Notes: generated by a model not told the origin, from the letters alone. 64,000 bases of DNA from Clostridia bacterium (GCA_017646745.1 JAGCLY010000033.1:274-64273), one strand, 5' to 3'; positions 42,273 to 51,920 are shown, counted from the stretch's first letter. Numbers and translations are program-made.

Positions 42273-43275
42273 ATTTTTTAATAAGCTCCCAATAGTGTCC
42301 GCATGCGGTTCTTGTTTCGTATTTTTTGCTACATCTTTTACATTTGATGATTGCGTAATAATCGTCAAATCCAACGACTCTTTCGTAAATAATCTTACCC
42401 TTACCGCAGGGGCAATAGTATTCAATGTGTATTGTGGGAGAGTTTGCGCCGTCGGGATAAATATCTTTGTTAACAATAACCCTTGCGGTCTCGTCGTTTA
42501 TTTCTTCATCCTCTTCATCGTCGTCTGTGGCGTCACTCTGATTTCTCTTCTTTTCCATAAACTTATTGAATCTCGAGGCTGCAAAGAAGACAAGCGCAAT
42601 TCCGAGTGCGCAGAGGAGAATAAAGATAATCCAGTGCCAGGGGGTGGTGAATTTGTCGAAGGGAACGATTGATACGCCAAAGACAATGGTCGCAACACCG
42701 ATTCCGCGGCCGATAACAATAGAGGGGATGAACCACTTAAGCGACATCTTAAGAGTTCCTGCCACCATAGTAAGTGCATCGTCGGGGAAGATGGGGAACA
42801 TCATCATTATGGGGAAATAGATCGTACCCTTGTTGTTTAACAGCTCGGAGGCCTTTGCGGTATCCTCCTCGCCTATTATTTTTTTACAAAGAGTATATCC
42901 GCCGAATCTACCCAGTATGTAGAGCATAAAGCTGGAGAGCATTACGCCCGAGAATGCCACTGCAAATGCAACGGGGGGATTGGCGTATAATGCCTGAAGC
43001 AGTAGGATAAACGCCATGGATGCGCCGGGCACAAAGGATAGAAGTGAGGTTATTACTATCTGGAACAGTATGATAAAAATAACTCCGTACCAGGTGGTTT
43101 TAAAGGAATCAAACAGCTCTATGTTGATCTGAATTCCATCCTCAAAGTAGATTATCCCAAATGCGTAGAGCAAAAGAGTTGAAACTAAGGAAATTGAAAC
43201 AAATATTAACAGGGTTAGCAAAACCTTTGTTATTTTTTCGTATTTTTTAGCTAATGATTTTATTTTTGACCACAT
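42271..43275 (-). CDS. TVP38/TMEM64 (DedA-related) membrane protein fused to an acidic linker and a C-terminal Cys4 domain
   Basis: 334 aa containing ...SFVPGASMAF...FPIFPDDALTMVAGTLKMS..., typical of TVP38. The tail is DDDEEDEE...YCPCGKG...KCKRCSKKY. Confidence 0.75.
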   Translation of the reverse strand: MWSKIKSLAKKYEKITKVLLTLLIFVSISLVSTLLLYAFGIIYFEDGIQINIELFDSFKTTWYGVIFIILFQIVITSLLSFVPGASMAFILLLQALYANPPVAFAVAFSGVMLSSFMLYILGRFGGYTLCKKIIGEEDTAKASELLNNKGTIYFPIMMMFPIFPDDALTMVAGTLKMSLKWFIPSIVIGRGIGVATIVFGVSIVPFDKFTTPWHWIIFILLCALGIALVFFAASRFNKFMEKKRNQSDATDDDEEDEEINDETARVIVNKDIYPDGANSPTIHIEYYCPCGKGKIIYERVVGFDDYYAIIKCKRCSKKYETRTACGHYWELIKK

Positions 43276-43398
43276 TTTCTTAATCCTTTAAAGAAATTTT
43301 ACTATTAGCTTACTATAGCATTGTAACATATTTTTGCATAAAAGTCAACTAATTTGCCCTTTCATTACCCCTTATACACGAAAAGTTAACAATAAAAC

Positions 43399-43427
43399 TT
43401 GACATTGTGAGAAAATACGGTTATAAT
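43399..43427 (+). promoter_or_regulatory. Consensus SigA promoter of the MBL-fold gene
   Basis: TTGACA-17 nt-TATAAT, exact. Confidence 0.6.
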
Positions 43428-43462
43428 GATGCTATAATAAATATAAAAGGAAGGCTTTTTAT

Positions 43463-44152
43463 ATGAAGGTTACTTGGCTTACCCAGGCAGGGCTGCTGTT
43501 TGAAAACAGTAAAATGAAAATAATGGTTGATCCATATCTGACCGACTCGCTTGGCGAGATCAAGCCTGATAAAAAAAGAAGAATTCCCTCTGATGAGAAT
43601 TATTTTAGCGCATCACCCGACGTGATACTTATTACTCACTCGCATATAGATCACCTTGATATCGCTACTCTTGAGCGTGTGCTGGCGGGCTGTAAGGCTC
43701 CTGCCCTCGTGCTTTGCGCAGAGTCTGCATACGAGAAGCTCTGTGCGCTGGGCGGTGATCACAACTACGTTCTCCTTGCGCCCCACTCGGTATGGAGTGA
43801 AAAGGGTGTTACATTCTACTCTGTACATGCTGAGCACAGCGACAGAAGCGCTGTCGGATTTATTATTGATGACGGTAAGCAGACCTACTATATCAGCGGC
43901 GATACCGTTTACAATTATGATGTTATGGACGATGTTCTGGATCTCGCTCCCGACGGGGTTGATTTTGCATTCCTTCCCATTAACGGCAAGGGCAATAATA
44001 TGAACTCCCGTGATGCCGCCGACTTTGCCTATGAGATTGGCGCAAAGTGCGCAATTCCCGTTCATTACGGTACAACCGACGATACAACTCCCGACGAGTT
44101 TGACTTTGAGGATAGAATTATTCTCGAGCCTTTTGTGGAAACTAAGCTATAA
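43463..44152 (+). CDS. MBL-fold metallo-hydrolase
   Basis: 229 aa containing ...ILITHSHIDHLD... (HxHxDH). Confidence 0.82.
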   Translation: MKVTWLTQAGLLFENSKMKIMVDPYLTDSLGEIKPDKKRRIPSDENYFSASPDVILITHSHIDHLDIATLERVLAGCKAPALVLCAESAYEKLCALGGDHNYVLLAPHSVWSEKGVTFYSVHAEHSDRSAVGFIIDDGKQTYYISGDTVYNYDVMDDVLDLAPDGVDFAFLPINGKGNNMNSRDAADFAYEIGAKCAIPVHYGTTDDTTPDEFDFEDRIILEPFVETKL

Positions 44153-44156
44153 AAAA

Positions 44157-44180
44157 AGAGCCCTAATGGGCTCTTTTTTT
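44157..44180. terminator. Bidirectional terminator
   Basis: The stem agagccc/gggctct has a 4-nt loop, with A7 upstream and T6+ downstream. Confidence 0.75.
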
Positions 44181-44766
44181 ATTTAAAAATCTCGTTAATC
44201 AGATTTTTATATTCATCATATCCGTAGAGCAGATTCATAGCCTCAAGAAGCGCGTTTGGTGTCATGTCCTCAGGTAGATCACATTTATGGCACAAAATCC
44301 GCCTGTTCTCTGAGGAATTATCCCAACCGGTCAGCTTATCGGTGAAAAAGTCAACTTTAGTTATCATTTTGCTCGATTTTTGCTGATTTGTACCGTCTGT
44401 AAAGGGCTCAAGTAGTCTGAGAATGACATCCTTCTCCATTCCCTCTACACCTAGAGTGCCGCTTTTTGATGCCTTTCTTTTGCGGCTCTCCTTGCCTGTA
44501 ATCTGAGGGATATACAGGTTGTGTATCCTGTCGGGTGGGAGTATACCGCACAGGAATTTGCGTATCTGCTTACCTCCGCCGTCGGAATCGGTCAACAGGA
44601 TAATACCGTCCTTAGCAATTCTGCGTATCAAAGCCTGTTTTTCTTTATCGTTAAAAATAGAAAAACCGCCGGTGGTAATTATGTTGGCATCAACAAATCC
44701 TGCGAGGGCGCTTTTATCATACCTGCCCTCTACGATTATGGGCAGGGAAATTTTAATTTTTTCCAT
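44179..44766 (-). CDS. Toprim-domain protein (DUF4093, RNase M5-related)
   Basis: 195 aa containing IIVEGRYDK...ILLTDSDGGGKQIR (Toprim E...DxD). Confidence 0.75.
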   Translation of the reverse strand: MEKIKISLPIIVEGRYDKSALAGFVDANIITTGGFSIFNDKEKQALIRRIAKDGIILLTDSDGGGKQIRKFLCGILPPDRIHNLYIPQITGKESRKRKASKSGTLGVEGMEKDVILRLLEPFTDGTNQQKSSKMITKVDFFTDKLTGWDNSSENRRILCHKCDLPEDMTPNALLEAMNLLYGYDEYKNLINEIFK

Positions 44767-45415
44767 GTTCTCTCTCGTATTTTAAGCACAGATCCGACAG
44801 GGGACAGCCGTCGCATTTGGGATTTCTCGCCTCGCAAACCTCTCTGCCAAAGAAAACTATTCTGTGACAGAAGTCGCTGCCTTCCTTAAGATCCATAAGC
44901 TCGCGTAGTATTTTTTCGATTTTTGCAGGGTCCTTTTCCTTTTCGGGATACATGCCAAGCCGTCCGCAGATTCGTATGCAATGGGTGTCGCAGACGATGG
45001 CTTCCTTGCCGAATATGTCGCCCAGAAGCAGGTTGGCAATTTTTCTGCCCACGCCGGGAAATTTCAGCAGCTCTTCCATTGTATCCGGGAGCTGACCGCC
45101 AAAGTCGGTGATCAGCATGCGGCTTGCCTCTCGAATACTGTCCGCCTTCATTCTGTACAGTCCGCAGGGCTTTACTATCTCCTCGATCTCTGTTATATCG
45201 CCCTCTGCCATAGACATCGCATCGGGAAATCTCTTAAACAGCTCCTCGCACACGATATTGACCCTTGCGTCGGTGCACTGTGCCGAGAGTCTTCCCATTA
45301 CCAGCAGCTTCCAGGGGTCACCTCCGTAATGAAGCGCACATTCTGCTGTCGGATATATTTCCTTAAGACGCTCGATTATAAGTGTGAGCCGTTTTTTCTT
45401 CTCTGTCTTAGTCAT
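44753..45415 (-). CDS. nth: Endonuclease III
   Basis: Contains the HhH FPGVGRKIANLLL, the catalytic D region, and the [4Fe-4S] motif C-x6-C-x2-C-x5-C (CEARNPKCDGCPLSDLC). Confidence 0.9.
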   Translation of the reverse strand: MTKTEKKKRLTLIIERLKEIYPTAECALHYGGDPWKLLVMGRLSAQCTDARVNIVCEELFKRFPDAMSMAEGDITEIEEIVKPCGLYRMKADSIREASRMLITDFGGQLPDTMEELLKFPGVGRKIANLLLGDIFGKEAIVCDTHCIRICGRLGMYPEKEKDPAKIEKILRELMDLKEGSDFCHRIVFFGREVCEARNPKCDGCPLSDLCLKYEREHGKN

Positions 45416-45971
45416 TGATCGCCTCGTTAATCAGCCGCTTGGTCAGCGCAACTGAAAGTCCTACAACGGTGTCGTAATCGCCCTCTATTTTCTCGACAAA
45501 TTTTCCGCCGCCGCTTTGAATTCCGTAGCTTCCTGCCTTGTCCATAGGATCACCGCTGTCCACGTATTCCTCTATCTCGGCATCGGTCATATCACGGAAA
45601 TATACTGCTGTAGTAGCAACACCGCTATAGCATTTGCCGCCGAAATGAACCGCCACACCGGTATGTACGTTGTGCGCCTTGCCCGACAGCATTCTGAGCA
45701 TGGAAATAGCATCAGCCCTGTCTGCAGGCTTGCCGAGAGGAACACCGCCCAGCTCAACCAGCGTGTCCGAGGAAATAACCATACAGTTATTTTCGAGCTC
45801 ACTCGCCACAGCCTCGCCCTTTCTTACGGCGAGAATCTCCACACCCTCACGGGGGTGAATGTTACCGGGCAGACTCTCGTCTACCTCTTTTGTAATTATT
45901 TCAAAATTGTCTATCAGCTCACCGAGCAGCTCTTTTCTCCTCGGCGACTTTGATGCAAGAATGTATTTCAT
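45408..45971 (-). CDS. maf: Maf-family nucleoside triphosphate pyrophosphatase
   Basis: 187 aa containing ILASKSPRRKELL...DKAGSYGIQ. Confidence 0.88.
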   Translation of the reverse strand: MKYILASKSPRRKELLGELIDNFEIITKEVDESLPGNIHPREGVEILAVRKGEAVASELENNCMVISSDTLVELGGVPLGKPADRADAISMLRMLSGKAHNVHTGVAVHFGGKCYSGVATTAVYFRDMTDAEIEEYVDSGDPMDKAGSYGIQSGGGKFVEKIEGDYDTVVGLSVALTKRLINEAIND

Positions 45972-46042
45972 AAAAAAATCCTTTTATAAAAGCGACTGTC
46001 TATTACCTGATCGGAGATAAACAATCGCTTATTTTGTGATGT

Positions 46043-47038
46043 TTAGTTTACAAAACCTATTTTTCTTCTAACCTTGGACATGGTTTTGCGTGCAAAGTAT
46101 GCCGCTTCGTCAGCGCCGGCCTTCATAACAGCCTCGAGGTGTGCCTTGTCCGCCATAAGGCGAGCAAATTCATCTCTTACGGGTGCAAGACCGTCTGCAC
46201 ATGCCTCGCCCACAGCCATCTTAAAATCACCGTAGCCCTTGCCGTCAAACTCGCGCTCGATCTCCTCAAAGCTCTTGCCGGTGAATGCACGGTAGATGCT
46301 CATAAGGTTAGATACGCCGGGCTTATCCTCGGAATATCTTACGCATGCCTCAGAGTCGGTAACCGCCTTCTTGAATTTACGCATAACGTCGTCCTTGGAG
46401 TCCAGGATATATACAACCGCATTCTGGTTGGTGTCAGATTTAGACATCTTCGAGGTGGGCTCTGCCAACGACATAATCTTCATAGTATCGGTGGACATAT
46501 ATCCCTCAGGGATGGTGAAGGTGTCGCCGTAGATCTGGTTGAAGCGCATGCCGATATCTCTCGCCAGCTCAAGATGCTGTCTCTGGTCAACTCCCACGGG
46601 CACGATATCGGTCTGATAGAGCAGAATATCCGCTGCCATAAGGGTGGGGTAGGTGAACAGACCTGCGTTTATGTTCTGAGAGTGCTTTTGACTCTTATCC
46701 TTGAACTGTGTCATTCTGGAAAGCTCGCCGAACATGGTATAGCAATCCAGCATCCAGCCCAGCTCTGCGTGTGCGGGAACGTGGGACTGCACGAAGAGTG
46801 TATTCTTCTTTTCATCAAGACCGCACGCCATGTAAAGGGCAAGCGTTTCATAGGTTCTTCTGCGCAGCTCTGCGGGAACCTGTCTTACTGTAATAGCGTG
46901 AAGGTCAACTACGCAATAAAAAGTCTTATAATCCTCGCTGAAGCGGGAGAAATTCTTTATTGCGCCGAGATAATTTCCTATTGTAAGGTTTCCCGAGGGC
47001 TGTACTCCCGAGAAAACTATTTTCTTATCGCCGATCAT
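46043..47038 (-). CDS. trpS: Tryptophan--tRNA ligase
   Basis: 331 aa containing FSGVQPSGNLTIGNYLGA (HIGH-class motif), GVDQRQHLEL and KMSKS. Confidence 0.95.
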   Translation of the reverse strand: MIGDKKIVFSGVQPSGNLTIGNYLGAIKNFSRFSEDYKTFYCVVDLHAITVRQVPAELRRRTYETLALYMACGLDEKKNTLFVQSHVPAHAELGWMLDCYTMFGELSRMTQFKDKSQKHSQNINAGLFTYPTLMAADILLYQTDIVPVGVDQRQHLELARDIGMRFNQIYGDTFTIPEGYMSTDTMKIMSLAEPTSKMSKSDTNQNAVVYILDSKDDVMRKFKKAVTDSEACVRYSEDKPGVSNLMSIYRAFTGKSFEEIEREFDGKGYGDFKMAVGEACADGLAPVRDEFARLMADKAHLEAVMKAGADEAAYFARKTMSKVRRKIGFVN

Positions 47039-47088
47039 TATATATTCTTCCTTTCGATATTAGGGAAAATCAAGTTTCTTACTAAAAA

Positions 47089-47117
47089 ATTATACAATGT
47101 AAAGCAGATTTTGTCAA
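47089..47117 (-). promoter_or_regulatory. Consensus SigA promoter of trpS
   Basis: On the minus strand, TTGACA-17 nt-TATAAT. The leader is only ~45 nt, which leaves no room for a T-box. Confidence 0.6.
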
Positions 47118-47236
47118 GTCTAAAATGTTTTTTGGTTAAAGTATAAAGTATTTAGGTTTAAATTCTTCGTTTTTTTATGAGAAATAATGAATAATTGTTA
47201 ATAAAATAAAAAAATATAAAAAAATCGAAAAAAAGA

Positions 47237-47265
47237 TTGCATTTTTTATTTTAGTATGATATAAT
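47237..47265 (+). promoter_or_regulatory. SigA promoter of the lipoprotein gene
   Basis: TTGCAT-17 nt-TATAAT, followed by a ~125-nt leader. Confidence 0.6.
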
Positions 47266-47394
47266 AGTTCAGCAGATTGTACGATGGGAGAGAAGTCGGG
47301 TGGATTTGCCCTGTTTCGAACACCGTATATTCTTGATTTTTGATCAATTTAATCGCGTCCCCGAGGCGCGGAATTTGAAATATTTTTTATAAGG

Positions 47395-49671
47395 ATGAAA
47401 GACATGAAAAAGAGAATTGTTGCATTAATTCTTACCGTTGTGATGTCTCTTCTCGCGCTTACCGGCTGCGGAAGCTATGACTTTGCAAAAGAGACTATCA
47501 GCGATTATGCTACATTTGATAGCGAGAAGTTCAATGCAGGACTTAACAGCATCGTTATCAAGGATGGCAAATTTACTACCAACTCCGAAACCCAAAAGCT
47601 TGTTCTTGAGGATGCTATCTACAGCGCAGTTGCTGATAAGATCATCTTGCAGGCTAATAAGGATGAGGATAAGCTTACCACCGGTACACTTACCGAGGGT
47701 GACGTGCTTTACTTCGTTTATTATGCAGTAGACGAGAACGGCAATATGTTCTTCGGCTCTAATATCAACAAGGATACTGTTAGCAGCACCGATGTAGCAA
47801 CCAAGAATAATCACTTCGTAAAGCTTGACGGCTACTACGGCTACGAGGATGAGGACAACGCAAACAAGATCAATGAGGCGTTCATTTCTCTCGTTGCTGA
47901 GAACGTTCGTAAGAACCTTGAGGGCATAAACCTTGAGGATTACGTTTACACCAAGCTTAATAAGACCGACCTTGAGAACAAGGCTATAGAGGGTCTTACC
48001 GATGAAGCTGATATCACTGCTGCTAAGGAAGCTGCAGTTAAGGTTGCTAATGGCGATACTATCGTTATTAAGTACACCCGTACCTACAAGGCAACTGTTG
48101 ACGGTGTAGAAACCACCTATACCGAGAAGGCAAACTTCGACAAGATCACTCTTAACGAGAGCGATCCTATTTACAGCCTCTTCATCAACGATAAGGGTAA
48201 TGCAAAGGTTGGCGATAAGGTTGTTATTCCCGCTGACACTACCGTTACTATTAATGAAAAGGTATACACCTACACCGATCTTGAGATCCTTTGGAAGGTT
48301 GAAAAGGACGTTAAGCCCTTAGTTAGCTTCCAGTACACCCCCTACACCAAGGAAACCAAGGTTGCTCCCGACAGCGTATATTCCGTAACCGGAACTACCA
48401 CTAACACCGTAGACCTTAACAACAAGGCTCTTACCTATCACATATTCCCTGTATATGCTATTGACGCTCCCTCTTACGAGGAGATTACCGCTGCTGACAT
48501 TCTTTACTACGTAAACGGCAGCTCTATTCCCAGCGCTAGCTACGATATCTTCAAGAGCGAGGATTACAAGAACGGCGAGGAGACTCTTAAGAGCCTTATC
48601 GCAGACGTTGCTCTCATCTTCGGTACTACAAAGGATAGCACTACCAACAAGCTTACCGTAGACGCTGAGAACAAGTTCTATAAGGAAGGCACTCTTAAGC
48701 AGCTTCTTGATAAGTACAACGAGCTTGGCGGCGAAAAGCCCAGCACCGAGCAGAAGGCTGCTAACACCGAGGCTAAGACAGCTCTTGATGATGCTAAGAA
48801 TGCTGAGCTTAAGAAGGTTGTTGACAAGATCGTTGCTGCTAAGAACTCTGAGGGCAAGGTACTTGGTACCGAGCTTCTTGCTGAGTACAAGGAGACCACC
48901 GAGCACAGCCTTAAGGAAAGCTATGACACCGAGATCGTAAAGAAGGTACAGGAGAAGGTTCTTGAGCTTATTTACGCTTGCGTAACTGTTAACCCCGAAA
49001 AGTATCCCGAAAAGCTTGTTGACGAGTTCGTTAACAATCTTTACGAGTCCTATGAGTACACCTACTACACCGACAGCTTCGATTCCAAGACCTCTAACCT
49101 TGAGGCTTATGATACATTTGATAAGTTCCTTGAGGCAACTCTTAAGGTAGAGGGCGCTGACAAGGTTTATGACGAGATCCTTAAGAAGGCTCACGCTGAG
49201 ATCGAGCCCATCGTTAAGATCTTCGCAGCAGCTAAGGCACTTGAGAGCGATGCACTTGCAAAGCTTGAGGGCTATGTTCAGGCTGACCATGACGGCGGTA
49301 TGTACAAGTTCGATGAGGAGCTCTTCAGAGAGTACTATGGCAAGAATGCTGATAAGCAGATCAAGCTTGCTAAGAAGAGCCAGGAGAAGGCATACAAGAC
49401 CGACCTTAAGGGCGCACAGAGATTCGTTGTTGACGATTCCTACATGACCTTCTACAAGTTCAACGTTGGCTTCGCAGTTTACAGACAGCAGATCCAGACT
49501 TATGGCGAGACCAACCTTCGTGTTGCTCTTCAGACCAACAACCTTCTCTACTACCTCACCTGTTTCGAGGTTGAATTCGATGAGGAAGAGGGTCACCTTG
49601 AAAAGGTTTATGATGCAAACGGCAAGGTTGACTTCAGAACCATCGAGTATTCTCTCGAGGCTAGCAAGTAA
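47395..49671 (+). CDS. Large lipoprotein, trigger-factor/FKBP-like extracytoplasmic chaperone candidate
   Basis: 758 aa. The signal peptide has the lipobox LALTGC. FKBP-like stretches (GDVLYFVYYAVDENG, GDTIVIKYTRTY) are present. The C-terminal EKYPEKLVDEF... resembles the trigger-factor C-domain. The start may be 47404. Confidence 0.65.
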   Translation: MKDMKKRIVALILTVVMSLLALTGCGSYDFAKETISDYATFDSEKFNAGLNSIVIKDGKFTTNSETQKLVLEDAIYSAVADKIILQANKDEDKLTTGTLTEGDVLYFVYYAVDENGNMFFGSNINKDTVSSTDVATKNNHFVKLDGYYGYEDEDNANKINEAFISLVAENVRKNLEGINLEDYVYTKLNKTDLENKAIEGLTDEADITAAKEAAVKVANGDTIVIKYTRTYKATVDGVETTYTEKANFDKITLNESDPIYSLFINDKGNAKVGDKVVIPADTTVTINEKVYTYTDLEILWKVEKDVKPLVSFQYTPYTKETKVAPDSVYSVTGTTTNTVDLNNKALTYHIFPVYAIDAPSYEEITAADILYYVNGSSIPSASYDIFKSEDYKNGEETLKSLIADVALIFGTTKDSTTNKLTVDAENKFYKEGTLKQLLDKYNELGGEKPSTEQKAANTEAKTALDDAKNAELKKVVDKIVAAKNSEGKVLGTELLAEYKETTEHSLKESYDTEIVKKVQEKVLELIYACVTVNPEKYPEKLVDEFVNNLYESYEYTYYTDSFDSKTSNLEAYDTFDKFLEATLKVEGADKVYDEILKKAHAEIEPIVKIFAAAKALESDALAKLEGYVQADHDGGMYKFDEELFREYYGKNADKQIKLAKKSQEKAYKTDLKGAQRFVVDDSYMTFYKFNVGFAVYRQQIQTYGETNLRVALQTNNLLYYLTCFEVEFDEEEGHLEKVYDANGKVDFRTIEYSLEASK

Positions 49672-49715
49672 TTAGACGTTTAAATTCTGACGTCCATCAG
49701 AATATGACTAAATGG

Positions 49716-49746
49716 AAACGGACGAAGATTCTTCGTCCGTTTTCTT
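49716..49746 (+). terminator. Rho-independent terminator
   Basis: aaacggacgaag-att-cttcgtccgttt is followed by a T-rich tract. Confidence 0.75.
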
Positions 49747-49773
49747 ATAACGATAGATAGGTTACACCGTAAT

Positions 49774-50208
49774 ATGAAAAAGGTTGAACTTTATACCGAT
49801 GGCGCTTGCAGGGGCAATCCCGGCAGGGGCGGTTGGGGGGCAATTCTCGTCTGGGGAGCTTATGAAAAGGAGCTGTCCGGCGGAGATAGTGAGACCACCA
49901 ACAACCGTATGGAGCTTACCGCCGCTATTGAAGGGCTTTCGGCATTGAAGGAGCCCTGCGAGGTAACTCTTTATTCGGATTCCAAATATCTTGTTGACGC
50001 CTATCTGCAGGGCTGGGTTAATTCCTGGCGTGCTGCAGGCTGGCGACGTGGCAGAGAGGCACTTAAAAACCCCGATCTGTGGGAAAGACTTTATGCTCTC
50101 ACAGAGATACACAAGGTCAGCTTTGTGTGGGTAAAGGGGCACAACGGCCATGATTACAATGAGAGATGCGACAGGCTTGCTACCGCATACGCCGATTCGC
50201 TTATATAA
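49774..50208 (+). CDS. rnhA: Ribonuclease HI
   Basis: 144 aa containing [29 protein letters not shown] and ...[12 protein letters not shown]. Confidence 0.92.
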   Translation: MKKVELYTDGACRGNPGRGGWGAILVWGAYEKELSGGDSETTNNRMELTAAIEGLSALKEPCEVTLYSDSKYLVDAYLQGWVNSWRAAGWRRGREALKNPDLWERLYALTEIHKVSFVWVKGHNGHDYNERCDRLATAYADSLI

Positions 50209-50238
50209 ATATTATTCTAATGAAAGGTTTTTGCTAAA

Positions 50239-51882
50239 ATGAGTAAAAACAGCACAGTAAATTCAACAAGAAGAGCGCATCTTGCATTTACCTCTGCGCT
50301 TCTTGCAATTATTATTCTCGCCATGACTCTTCTCGGCGCCTCCTGCCAGAAGAAGGAAAACTTTGACTATCTCAAAAACGATCTTTCCGAGTACGTTGAG
50401 CTTGCCGAGAATTACAAAAATTTAAAGATTGAAATTGATATTGCAAAGCCCCATGATATTGACGTTGAGGTTGCTATTATCAACATGCTTTATGCTGATA
50501 AAGAGGATGAGGCGCTTTATGGCGGCGGATACGTTAGCTATCCTAATATAAGCGTGGGCGACGTTGTAGATATCTGGTACCGCGGCTATCTTCTTGATGA
50601 CGAGGGTAAGGAGATTGTTGTTGCCGGCATGAGCAACTTTGGTAGTGATAAGCCTCATTCGCTTGCGATCGGCTCAAACGGATTTATCCCTGGCTTTGAG
50701 CTTAATCTGATTGGTAAGGATACCAAGAATGCTCCTAAGTTTAGTAAGATTACCGAGGGCAAGGTTACCGAGAGCCAGATTGCATACGTTACCTATACTA
50801 AGGTAAAGGGGGGCGACGAGAGCAGCAAGATTACCGAGAGCAATGTTAGAATCGATCTTTCGGGCGACGTTGACGCTAAATTTGGTAGCGGAGTTAAGGA
50901 GACAATGCTTGCTCTTAAGATTGGCGACAAGGTTGATATCAATGCTGATCTTAACGGTACAAGCTACAGCTACCGTGATTTCACCGTTAATTTCGTTACC
51001 GAGTGTGAGAAGAATCCCATTGTTGTAGAATGCTACTTCCCTTATGATTATCAGCAGACCGATCTTCGTAACGAGACCGCATACTTTGAGGTATACGTTG
51101 TTGGTGCACTGGAGTACAACTGCCCTGTGTTTGACGACGCCTATCTTACCAACAAGATCAATGAAAAGAAGATCAACGTCACTCTCGACGAGCTTAATAA
51201 GTACGAGGGAGCTACCCTTGTTGATAAGTACCGTGCCTTTGCTGAGAAGAAAATGATGGATCTTTATGAAGAGACCTATACCGAGATGGTAGAGGAAGAG
51301 ACCTGGAACCAGATCATTAGCCTTGCGAAGATCAAGAAGTATCCCACCGAAATGGTTGAAGAGGTTTACGAGGATTATATTGACGAGATTAAGTACGAGT
51401 TCAAGAGAACCGGCGGTCAGCTTCCCAACAACTATACAGGTCAGTACACTACCTACCAAACCCTTGATGATTTTGCAAGGGCGTATGTAGGTGTTACCGG
51501 TTCTGTAAAATGGCAGGATCAGGTTTATAAGGAGGCCGAGAACTTTATTAAGGAAAGACTTGTAATGTTCTATATTCTCCGTACCGAAAATCTTCTTCCC
51601 ACAGGTGAGGTTTATGAAACCGAGCTTGAAAAGGTGAAGAAGGAGTATCTTGACGAGGCTATTGCGCAATATATGTACTACGACGGCAATAAGACAAGAG
51701 ATGACTATAACGATGAGGAGTACGCAGAGCTTCTTAAGGAGTGTCAGAATATAGTTTCCTCTAACTTCGATGAGGATTACTTTAACATCAGAGCTAATTA
51801 CGAGGTTCTTTGCAAGACCATCGTTACCTGGCCTGAGGTAAGCACTCTCGATAATCGCAGAGCATATCCCCTCGACAAATAA
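50239..51882 (+). CDS. Lipoprotein with trigger-factor-like FKBP and C-terminal domains
   Basis: 547 aa. The signal peptide ends LLGASC. GDVVDIWYRGYLLDDEG...GSNGFIPGFELNLIGK resembles the trigger-factor PPIase domain. KKYPTEMVEEVYEDYI resembles the trigger-factor C-domain. Confidence 0.65.
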   Translation: MSKNSTVNSTRRAHLAFTSALLAIIILAMTLLGASCQKKENFDYLKNDLSEYVELAENYKNLKIEIDIAKPHDIDVEVAIINMLYADKEDEALYGGGYVSYPNISVGDVVDIWYRGYLLDDEGKEIVVAGMSNFGSDKPHSLAIGSNGFIPGFELNLIGKDTKNAPKFSKITEGKVTESQIAYVTYTKVKGGDESSKITESNVRIDLSGDVDAKFGSGVKETMLALKIGDKVDINADLNGTSYSYRDFTVNFVTECEKNPIVVECYFPYDYQQTDLRNETAYFEVYVVGALEYNCPVFDDAYLTNKINEKKINVTLDELNKYEGATLVDKYRAFAEKKMMDLYEETYTEMVEEETWNQIISLAKIKKYPTEMVEEVYEDYIDEIKYEFKRTGGQLPNNYTGQYTTYQTLDDFARAYVGVTGSVKWQDQVYKEAENFIKERLVMFYILRTENLLPTGEVYETELEKVKKEYLDEAIAQYMYYDGNKTRDDYNDEEYAELLKECQNIVSSNFDEDYFNIRANYEVLCKTIVTWPEVSTLDNRRAYPLDK

Positions 51883-51889
51883 TTGAAAA

Positions 51890-51920
51890 AGACGGATGGA
51901 AATTCCATCCGTCTTTTTTT
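51890..51920. terminator. Bidirectional terminator (lipoprotein gene / Sel1 gene)
   Basis: agacggatgg-aaatt-ccatccgtct has A5 upstream and T7 downstream. Confidence 0.8.

Noticed and set aside
47284-47343. 19-codon ORF (MGEKSGGFALFRTPYILDF) in the lipoprotein leader, as a possible leader peptide
   Set aside because: There is no Shine-Dalgarno sequence upstream and no obvious regulatory codon run. I treat it as chance.
47039-47394. Possible T-box riboswitch upstream of trpS
   Set aside because: The trpS promoter (TTGACA-17-TATAAT, minus strand 47089-47117) leaves only a ~45-nt leader. The GGGTGG-containing sequence at ~47296-47305 is on the opposite strand and belongs to the lipoprotein gene leader. 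No specifier, T-box or antiterminator arrangement is seen.
48319-49596. 425-aa minus-strand ORF antisense to the lipoprotein gene. Similar cases are 46139..47146 (antisense to trpS), 50674..51669, 8149..8943, 55129..55884, 61208..62035 and 62410..62931.
   Set aside because: All are antisense to better-supported genes, have low-complexity translations, and lack start-site signals.
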